DNA of 64,000 nucleotides from NCBI GenBank assembly GCA_965644495.1, contig CBFFSA010000001.1:3410001-3474000 (forward strand), given 5' to 3'. Under the pieces are notes generated by a model. It searched no databases. It was not told the DNA's origin and saw only the letters and a program-made list of their open reading frames with translations. Positions 31,856-41,700 of the stretch are shown in pieces (within the stretch, counting starts at the first letter, position 1; every line of letters starts with the position of its first letter). Both the position numbers and the translations under genes were made by a program. The DNA comes from Perkinsela sp. CCAP 1560/9 (lineage: Eukaryota; Protista; Euglenozoa: Kinetoplastea).

Positions 31856-32889
31856 TAACAAAAAAAAACATACATGTGAACGTATGGATCAAAGTAAGGA
31901 GAGGCGTCACCTATAACGCACCCCTAAAAGGAGTACTGCTAGCTCAACGTATTTTCAGTTCAACGCATCTTATTGAGTACGTTATTGAGTATGTATAGTT
32001 TTTGGTGAAGTTCAGGAACCACAGTATCTTTCGCTAACAGTCAGACCTCTCGAAACTACCCCCTCAACTGCGCCACATTATCAATGGCACCGATCTTACG
32101 CTACTGTTGCCTTGAAACAAAGATGACCTGTACTATTGCTCGTAGCTGAATGCGTCTGTAGCTCCATGCATGTTTGTAACTGTATGACGTCGTGGTTTTT
32201 GTAAATAAAAGTAAAATATCTGCCCTAAAAATACTTCTTGTGGTGCGAAAAATGCTTTTTCGTTTTATCGACACCTCCCTGAACACGGGCGCCCTCAGTG
32301 TGAAAGGAATTCATACCTAATTTATCATATCCGGGGAATACATATCGGGGGAATCACATCGGGGTATGTATTATTGTGTGGGATCTACAGTCCCATTTCG
32401 AATCCTTGCAACAAACTTTTAGAAAGCATAAAATGAGCTTTTTAGATGCGGTTTTCTCTAGGTTTCTCGTATTCTTATAAGGTATAGTGCAAAATTACGC
32501 AAAGCTTTTGATTTTTACGCATCACGTGCTTATTCCATTAATAATACGTAATTTAGCTCTGCTTTGCTGCTTAATCACATTTTTTTATAGATTTTTTTCA
32601 TTTTAGCCAACCTTCCACCTCCTGAGTATTAGCTTTAAGCTGGATAGTGAGTCGGATTTCTCGACTAGGGGATCATCGGAACATTCTTGCTCAAGCGAAA
32701 CTGAAGGAACATTTGCTACTTCAGACATCACCACGGGCTCAGAGGGTGATGATTCTGATTGGGACCCGGACGATGAAGTTTCTTGCTCGTCCGGTTATAA
32801 ACGGTTTAGCACCTACGAAAGTGACACCAGTGAAGATGTATCATCTCTCATTACTGGGCTGGTCCCAAGAAACTGCTCAGGCCGGTCAA

Positions 32890-33636
32890 AATCCTCCATC
32901 ACATATTACCATGCTAAAAGAAAATAACATGTCCAATGACACATTTTTCAGTCATCTAGTTTTCACGGATGAGGTGAATGTTCACGCTGGTGACCTATCA
33001 CGCGGGGCTTGGCAGAGTCCTGAAGATAGAGTTCCAAAAGGCCGTTCCCATCATCCAACAAAGGTTATGCTATGATGGGCTATTGACGCTGAAGGCCGGG
33101 TAATTTATCATTGGTGTGATGACTTCCGTCGGTTCTACGCTGATGAAAATATCAGTCGTACGGTGTTTAACGAAATTGGTGAAATGCCACCTCAAAATAA
33201 GCAAATTGGGTCAGTACATTACAGAAAGCAAATCCTCGAGGCAAATTATTCTCGTTCACAGCCATCAGCAATCCTTGTTGATGACGGTGCACCTCCCCAT
33301 ACTGCAAAACGAACAACTGAATGGTGGGCGACGTACGTAGGCTCAGAAAGTGTTGAGGCGCCTCTCCGACAATATCACTCTTCGTTCGATGAGAAAAAAG
33401 TACTTCCAAAATGGCCAGCGGATTCTCCCGACCTAAATCCAATAGAGAATCTGTGGAGAAAAATAAAAATCGAAAAGAATAAGAGAAATCCATCAACCGT
33501 TTCTCAAATTAAAGCGGTATGTGAAGAGTATTTGGAGTCGGAATCATGCGTAGGTTATTGTCAGTTACTTCATGCATCATTCAAAAAAAGGTTAGAGCTC
33601 TGCATTCGGAAAGAAGGTAAAAAAATTCCTTACTAG
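32890..33636 (+). pseudogene. Tc1-like DDE transposase with one in-frame TGA and an extended D-E spacer
   Basis: LVFTDE, KVML*WAI, VDDGAPPH, WPADSPDLNPIENLW; ORFs 32647-33075 and 33163-33636 share a frame and are separated only by TGA 33073-33075; 5' boundary approximate. Confidence 0.85.
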
Positions 33637-34175
33637 ACGCTTGTTGATGAAAATTTGAAAATTTGGGGTGGAAAAAATACGATAGATCTTTCTGTCAACT
33701 CATCAATTGTTTTTCAAATGCGTTGTGCCTTAGTGGGCAATTATGTAGTGTCGTTCGTAAATTTTTTACAGGAGATTTTCGACAAAAATTGGGTTCCAAA
33801 ATTACTTCCCGCCCAACATTTTGACTCAAAAGCAAATTGAAAAATCCTAAAACTGTTTCAACAAACTAATTTTGCACTAAAGTCCTGACCCTAAATGATG
33901 CGTTTCCACCACTTATTTTTTCAGACGCACCCCCTCTCCACTAAACTTTCCACGCGTATTCTCAAAGAGCCATTCCTTGTCCTCGGTGGTAAGATCATAG
34001 TTTTCCCGATCATCCTGGGTTAAAATCACAAGGGCCTTCAACCGCAACATCCTCCCCCACATCGTTGCTTTCGTCAAGTCAAAATATATAATATTCATTA
34101 AGAAAATTTTAATACGCATAAATATATACCCATGTAATATAAATGACAAATATTCGCATTCTGCAGTGAAACCTC

Positions 34176-35087
34176 ATGAGGCAGAAAGTCTCTTTTGTGC
34201 GATGCATTAAGCCTTTGCGCGACCTCAATGAATGGATTTCTAAAGGTTGTGATGGAGTTCCAACGGAAATAGACAAAGCTTCTTTAGAAAGATTGATCAA
34301 AGAATCTGAGCCTTACTTGTACAGTCCGGAGTACAACTTGCCTTGGAATACCTTAGAAAACTTTTGCAGAATAAGGTCAGTGACACCAGAAGCGGTCCGA
34401 GTTATGCGACGTCTTACAGTGAAAATGGCACTGCGATCTCAAGAACGACACCCATCACATTACGGAAATGCACATCGCATCTCACAAAAGAACTGTCACA
34501 CTCTTCTACGCTTCCTAGCCTATGCGATGGAAACAGACAAGGAATCTGGACAACTATCTGTCGGTTTTTTGAATGAATTTCAGTGTGTGTTGCACTACAT
34601 TGAAAGTTATGCCAGTAGTGTAACTCATCTACTCTCTTCTGTAGCAAATGAAAGCGTCAGAAAAAGACAAAGAATATTTGTTCCGTTTCGAAAATCTCTC
34701 TCGAACCACCATTTTCCACTTGGGAGTGTTCCGCAGACTGTGCACTCGGAACGAAAGGCAAAGTTCATTTTGCGAGATAATGTTTCCAGTAGGAATCTTT
34801 TATGGCAGTTAAATCAGTTTTCGGAAACGTTACTAACGGTGACAGGAGTTAAATATCCAGTAGAGAGAGACGTTTCGTTTTTTCAATCCTTATTTCGGGT
34901 CTTATATCTTATAGTTCAATGCCTTGATCACCGTTCCAAGAAGTGTACTTATAAACAGCTTATGAATGTAGCCTCACATGATCTACGCACTTGCTTATTT
35001 TGTCTGCGACGAAGAGAACATGAGTGGGATAGCATCTCAGAAGTATCTTTATTAAGCGGTTTACTGGTCCACGTGCTAGACGCTTGA
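34176..35087 (+). CDS. Hypothetical protein
   Basis: 303-aa ATG-initiated ORF co-oriented with the cluster; no recognised motif. Confidence 0.65.
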   Translation: MRQKVSFVRCIKPLRDLNEWISKGCDGVPTEIDKASLERLIKESEPYLYSPEYNLPWNTLENFCRIRSVTPEAVRVMRRLTVKMALRSQERHPSHYGNAHRISQKNCHTLLRFLAYAMETDKESGQLSVGFLNEFQCVLHYIESYASSVTHLLSSVANESVRKRQRIFVPFRKSLSNHHFPLGSVPQTVHSERKAKFILRDNVSSRNLLWQLNQFSETLLTVTGVKYPVERDVSFFQSLFRVLYLIVQCLDHRSKKCTYKQLMNVASHDLRTCLFCLRRREHEWDSISEVSLLSGLLVHVLDA

Positions 35088-35843
35088 AAGCAGTTTCGGC
35101 ACATTATTAGGCTCACTCAATGTAGCCTTGTACTAATCCAATTTCGAACGAGTGAGTATCCCCATCCGAAATTTAATGGCAACGTTTCTCTAGTACCTGT
35201 ATTGCTACCTGCACTCCGATGCGGGATTTTTGTTGTGACGAAAGGTTCTTTTTATCGAGTACCCGAAGTGTCGTACATTTCCACTACAAACGTGTATAAA
35301 CTACTGTATAAAGTAGTGGTATCTCTGCAAGGAGAAAGCATTGAGGTTTTAGAGTTTCGATTGAAAATTGTGGTTACATGAGAATGGTAAAGGGGGTCCT
35401 GATATCCTGTCCGTCCCATGATCCCCCCTATGGAAATCTTAGTTACTTCATGCGTTTTTTGTCCATTTTGGTCGAGAGCCCATAAATGACGAACAAAAAA
35501 ATACGAAGCGTGTTCGCCTTTAAGCTCCGATGCTATTTTTAAACGTTTTGGAACCGGATTAATGTATATCAAGGCCTTCCTATCACTGGTTCCGCTTTGT
35601 ACATACCCCTCTAGAGTGGTCTTGTTTTTGTCCTCACTCATAGCCTCTCAAAATTCTTTTGAGAAAAGGTCTTTTAAAAGTAGACTTTTTTCAGCTTTTC
35701 ATTTTTAGCGTTCAAATCGAGTTGCACACTAACATGAGAAGTCGGTGCCGCATTCTTATTTTTCAAGCTGTGTTCTCATTTTCCCGTTTAAGTCATTTAC
35801 ATTTTTAAGTAAATTTTAGTTATGTTCCGGTTTAATGTACCTA

Positions 35844-35894
35844 GAACCTATAAAGGGGGGAGGGGTCGAGGCTATTATAAACGGGTGGGTACAG
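35844..35894. mobile_element. Solo end of the 59352-59658 MITE family
   Basis: gaacctataaagggggg aggggtcgaggctattataaacgggtgggtacag|TA is nearly the reverse complement of 59352-59403. Confidence 0.8.
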
Positions 35895-36448
35895 TACTAT
35901 ACGTGGCTGAAGTACAGTTGTAGTGAGTACCACGAATGCCTACCCCTGCATATTTACGCCCTTCATTTAGACTTTCTCAAAGAGTTTTATGTGGGTACGC
36001 CGCGAAGCGGCGCGAAATTTTTTTTTTCATTTTTTATTACGCGGTAACGTTCTATACCTGGTAGTTATACAGTGGTTTCAATTGAACTTCCTCCCCCCGC
36101 GGAATTTTGAGTTTTTTTGTCCGTTTTTGCTCATTTTTGTTGCAAACGAGAGTTCTCGTTCCCCTAGTGAAGCGCTTTGGCACCTTTTTTTCATAGGGAC
36201 CCTCTAGTGCTCATATGATGACCCGAAAAACAGCCAAAACAAGATTCTTGATAAATACGAATCTTGGAAGGAAGTCTAAAACCATGTGATTTGGACCCAG
36301 GGGGTACCAGGGGGTTCCTTCAAAAAAAGGGCAGCAAAGCGCTTCGTCAGAAAAACGAGATCTATCCAATGCTGCGAAAATGAAAAAACACAGATAAAAG
36401 CAGGGTTCGCAGAAACTATAAAACTATCAATATAGTACTATATAGTTA

Positions 36449-36774
36449 CTATACCCCCCCCCCCTGCTTATGAGTTCCCGCAATTCTGGTACGCTTATGA
36501 GTTCCTTTTTCTAAGGCGAATGTTTTTGTACCCACTTTTCGAGAAGCGATTTTTTTTTGAACAGAACAAAAATTCACAATTTTACCAACTACTGTACGTC
36601 AGGCTGCTGTACAGACTTGCATACTAAGCTGACAATCTTTTTAGTGCCAGTACCATTGTAAAGGAGAACCCGCGGCGCCTATTTTCGCTTTTTTATAGCT
36701 CGATTTCTGGTCTGGTACGCTTATGAGCTCCTTTTTCTCAAAACGAGGGAACTCATAAGCAGGGGGGGGTATAG
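36449..36774. mobile_element. MITE (326 bp, TA-flanked)
   Basis: TA|CTATAC(C)nTGCTTATGAGTTCCC...GGGAACTCATAAGCA(G)nTATAG|TA; internal direct repeat tctggtacgcttatgag near 36485 and 36711. Confidence 0.88.
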
Positions 36775-37780
36775 TAATATAAACTTTTTTTAAAAACTAT
36801 AAAAAACTATATTTTTTTGTTTCACGTTTTAAGCACTCCTAAGCTCACCAACACGCCATAAATACACAGATAATTCTTTTGTGTACGATTTTTCTTATTT
36901 TTAAACCCGGAAATTGATGCCCGAAATTAAAGGTACGAGGGGTACTTCCTGCAAAGATTATATTATTGAAGTGTTGCGCACGGAGAGAACTAAACAAGCG
37001 GTTGAATGTAACTTGTGTCAGGAGGGGTCGTACCCCAGTCCCAACGAGTGGCCTTGACAGATTGTCTTGTGCGAATCTTGCGTCCCAAACATCTTCTCAC
37101 TGCATCGCTGTCGCCGCACATTGGCTGGAGCCACCGACGTTATGACTTGGGACTGAATAACTGCTGCTCACAATTCTATGAGTTTGAATAAATACAATCT
37201 TATGAGTTTGAATAAATTACGCGATGTGTTGTCCGGTGGAGAGTGCGTGTTTCCTATCGTCACTCCTTTCGCATGCGTTTCATTGCTATTTCCGATTGCT
37301 ATTTTTCATTGCTATTTCCGAGGAGATGACGCACTAGTCGATGATATTTTTCGGCGGTGATGGAACCGCGGGGAAGAGGGAACATGTTTCGATAACCACC
37401 ATAAAAATCGAAGGGTATCTCCCCGTTTGTAAAGGATTCCGATATAACAAAAGAATCTTTAAGGGACATGCCCTTCCATTTTTGTCGTGGTTTGCCAAAG
37501 GTGCTTTTAGTATCTCCCTCGTCCACTTTAGCTTGGGTTACATTTTTTTCAGAATTTCTTGTCATATCATACGTACGTAAGCGTGTAAGAACGCGTGTAG
37601 AGGCGTGTGTATGTCCTTCACAAGCGGAGAGGACTCAAAAAATATCACTTGTAAAGTGAAAAATACTTTATACTTTTCGCATAGTTTTATAGTAAAATAT
37701 AGTAAATGTAGTACTATACAAATGTATAGTAACTATATTCCATGAAAAAACTATATTTTACTATATTATACAAACAACAA

Positions 37781-38188
37781 AGGGGGGGGTACGTCTATTG
37801 TTGGCATTCATCTATTGTTGGCAAACTAATAAAATCACCTATTGTTGGCAATCGGTTATTGTTGACATTTAATTAATTTTGATTTTTTTGACCCATTGCC
37901 ATGTGTAACGGATAAAATCCTGGAATCTGCTAAGGTCAAAATTTCCACGTTTTTCGAAAATTTTCGAAAATTTCCTCTTTTTCGAGGATACGTATAAGTA
38001 TCCTCGTGTATGAGGGGGGCGACGGTAGTGTAAGTGATAAAAGTAGCGCAAGTTACCTTGATAGCCAACAATAGATGATTTTATTGCCGTTCCATCTATT
38101 GTTGGTTAAGGGGGGTATTGTATCATCTATTGTTGGCAATCGGCTATTGTTGGCAAAAAAAGTTGCCAACAATAGACAAGCCCCCCTG
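37781..38188. repeat. Element or element-end with about 9 copies of CTATTGTTGGCA in both orientations
   Basis: Copies near 37795, 37812, 37839, 37857, 38064 (rc), 38096, 38127, 38144 and 38164 (rc); G-tract on the left and C-tract on the right as TIR-like ends. Confidence 0.75.
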
Positions 38189-38711
38189 GATAAAAAAACT
38201 CAAAATTCCGCGGGGGGAAGATACATGTATCTTGAAACCACTGTATTAACCCGGAACACGGTACAAATTAAATCATTTACAATGCCGATACCTCAGTTCC
38301 TATTTTTTGCTATTCTCACAACAGGTTCGTCTCATTATTTTTCTTCTAAACTGTATGATGACAATTTTAACGTGATTGCTGTTCTGTGCAGGAAGAAATG
38401 ATAACGTATACCCACAATTCGCTGAGTTATTTTTTATTTTGTGTACACAGAACATTCACATTCACAAAATCACGTTCATAAAATCAACATAATAAATGTA
38501 GCCTGCGCCTGCGCCGTCTCACCAATTCTTTTTATTTGCATGAGAATATATTTCTAAGGCTTCGTGAGGGTGGATCTCTTATGAATGTATGACAGTGTAT
38601 TGTAAGTCCCTTGATCGTAGCACGTATGCTGTATGATAGTATTCGGACTGTTTCACGTAGACGGCTGCGCCTATATTGTTTCCTTCGAGAGAAGCGGGCA
38701 CCTGCCCACTA

Positions 38712-41700
38712 ATGAAGCTTCGCTGCCAACTATTTGTACTGGATCATGTATACGAGACAGATTTTGCAGACCAAAAAAGCCATGGAACTACTATACTTAA
38801 CCGTGTGTCTAGGAAACACGAAATCAGTTCATTGTCCTCTAGCTATCCTGGAAGCGTTTCAGCCCAACAGGCTCGAGTTCCGGTGCTCAGGTGTTTCGGA
38901 AGAACATTGAAAGGGGAAAGCGTATGCGCTCGAATTCACGGAGTTTTTCCTTACATTATGCTTTACTCACCTCTTCAGCACTCGAGAGAGAATGGTTTAG
39001 GTGTCTGGGATGACACTCTTCCCCGCAGGTTTAGCTGCACATTGGAAGATGCTATTAGAGAGCAATACCACATGCCACGAAATAGAAACATTATTCATTC
39101 CGTATGTCTTGTAAAGGGAATGCCTTGCTATGGTTATCATCCTGATTCTGCTATCTTTTTTAAAGTGGAATTCTATCACACCGCATACGTAAAGCGTGCG
39201 GTAAATGTTTGCACTCAAAGCACAGCTGTCGGTGGTATCAAATGGCTCCCACATGAAGCTCACTTGAGTTTTGAGTTACAATTCTTAGTTGACTTTGACC
39301 TTGGCGGCATGTCATGGCTGGACCTGTCTGATTGTAAATCTGCGCAACACAAAACGACTACAGTTGAAATTGAAGTAGACGTGGAGTGTAGAAACGTACA
39401 ACCCGCTGACACAACTGTGACACAAGGTCATCGCTTTCAGTCGGTGTCATCTATGAAGTATGTTACGATGGAATTGGAAGAATTCTATAAGAATACTAAC
39501 GCCACAGATATGTTCTTATCGGAGCTGAAAGAAACTGAATCCGCATATCACACAAACAATACTGAAGCATCTTTGATATTATGTGACAACAAGAAGAATC
39601 CTGTCAATCGTAACATGGAGAACATGTTCGAAGAACTCTATTCAGTTTCACATAAAGAAGCAGAAGTCGTGCATTCAACTCCTTCATTATCATCAACGGG
39701 TGCCTTCAGTGACAAAGAGGCTACACCAGAGCCATTAACTTTGGATCTCATTCGCGAGATCGGGCGCACCGGATACAGTCCTGAAGCCATATGTTTTTTA
39801 GATGATGATAATAATTCAATCAAGCGCAATAGTAGTTCATGCTTAGAGCATTCCTCAACGAGCACCGAATTTTACAAACAAGAAAGCGAAGATGTTTCTT
39901 TAAGCCCACGTGAAAATGTCAATGTACGTCGGGAGCTTGACTTTGAAACTCCACGAAAGGCTCGGAACTCAGGTCGTAAAAATACAAAGGATACATCAGC
40001 TCGCCGTCTACAGCATGACATTCTGAACTACAACGCTTTTTCTCAGGCAGAGGCTGCAAGTTATTCCATCTCGTGCAGTGGTAAAACGCAAGATTCTCTT
40101 GATTCTGTTGAAAGATCAGAAAGTTCCATTGAATTGTTCTCAGATCGTCCCACTGTGTCTATCGGTCATACCAGTGAATCATATTTCCTTCCAAGGAGAA
40201 ATGGACGGGACGAAGTGAGTCATATCGAAAAGCCTGGTACTCCATTACATAGTCCCATGCGCGCTCAAGGAGAGTCAGAGGATTTTATTCTTACTCCAAA
40301 ACGCTGTGTGCGCTTTGACAACTCTTCAAAATCAGCTGGGTTGGGTTCAGTCTCTGAAAAAGAAACATGTTTAAGAACTGACGGCAGTTCAGCCGGACCT
40401 TACAAGTCTATGCCCAAGTCTATTTGCGGTCCTATGAATGTTGGTGTCCCGAAAAGGTGGAAACGCGTCGTTTTTCGTACTTCCGCTCCATCTTGGAAAT
40501 CTGTTGAAAGTACCCCAGATTCCATAAACAATCTGCAAGATCCTTTTCCTAGAAATGCATTGCCTACTTCCCTTTCTACTCGATCATCCCAAGCATACAG
40601 GGAGTTTCAAGAGATATTCAAAAAACAGACTTATTATCCTGAGCATTATGATGTATCATTGAAGACTGAAATTAATTTGACCATATCTGCAAGAAATTTG
40701 TCCCCCAGCTGGGCAGAAATCAAGTCCTCCTATGACACCTGTTCCAGAAGTGCAGAAATGGCTATCCGAGATAGAATACGAACACCAAGTGGAGAAAAGG
40801 GAATATATACAGCAATTTCTGGGATAAAAAATGTGCGCAGCCCTGAGGCTTTTCGGTTGGAAAATTCACGTAAGCATCTTGTTCAATTACGCTGCCTTTA
40901 TTTCGAGATTATGATAGGCTCACGAGGTGTCTTACGTGCTGCATGTCTAATCTTTTATAACGCTCAATCGGAGAATATTACCGACTCCGAGATGCATATA
41001 ATTGGTGCTGGGGCCCGAAGGTTGCGCACGAAAGGCCAATCACAGTGTCACGTGTGCTGCATTTATCACCATACAGAATTTTTACTTCTGCGTGCCGTGG
41101 AGAAAAAGTTGGTCAATAGTGACCCCGACCTCATTGCAGGGTGGGAAATACAAAAACGAAGTTTAGGATACTTTATATCAAGATATAAACATGTCATCGG
41201 GAGTGAACCTGTACTCGGAAGATCGATTAGTAATATTACTGATAAAGATGCGGGTTCAGCTGCACCGGATTCAAGGCCAAAATCTAAGGAAATCAAATCA
41301 GACGATGACCAGAGTGACATAAACCAAATTGATAGAGATGAAAACCGAAAGAAACATAGAGAACATGAAAATTTTCTGTCCGTTTTCGGTTCTGTTTTGA
41401 ATGCAGCCGAGAAAGATGAGTCAAGTGTGTCGTTGGAACACGTATCAACAGACACGTATAAATCTTCGCGAACTCTACATTTACATGGAAGAATACTAAT
41501 AAACTTATGGAAAGTCTACCGGAGCGAACAGAAATCCAAATCATACACACTTCAAAACGCAGCATGGCATTTACTGCGTCGTAGACTTCCTGAACATTCA
41601 GACCTAAGTTTGGAGCAATACCTAACGAATGGATCTGTTTCCCAATCCTACTATGCTCTACATCGCCTTTGGGACTACACAATGTGCAGTCTTGAAGTTT

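Larger units (their letters stand above)
36401..38188. mobile_element. hAT-like non-autonomous or composite element
   Basis: CAGGG...CCCTG ends; 8-bp flanks gataaaag/gataaaaa (7/8 match); AACTATA repeats on the left and CTATTGTTGGCA repeats on the right. Confidence 0.6.
36070..38243. mobile_element. Tc1-type fold-back MITE (about 380 bp when empty) interrupted by a 1.8-kb insertion
   Basis: TA|CAGTGGTTTCAA...TTGAAACCACTG|TA; left arm 36070-36200 pairs with about 36310-36400 joined to 38189-38243. Confidence 0.8.

Noticed and set aside
33073-33075. TGA=Trp recoding suggested by the stop at a conserved Trp in the transposase
   Set aside because: Host genes end in TGA at their expected C-termini (for example 704, 11485, 29436, 31855) and use TGG for Trp; a nonsense mutation in a dead element is simpler
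37781-38188. CRISPR-like array of CTATTGTTGGCA repeats
   Set aside because: Repeats are 12 bp, irregularly spaced and in both orientations; no cas genes; eukaryotic context
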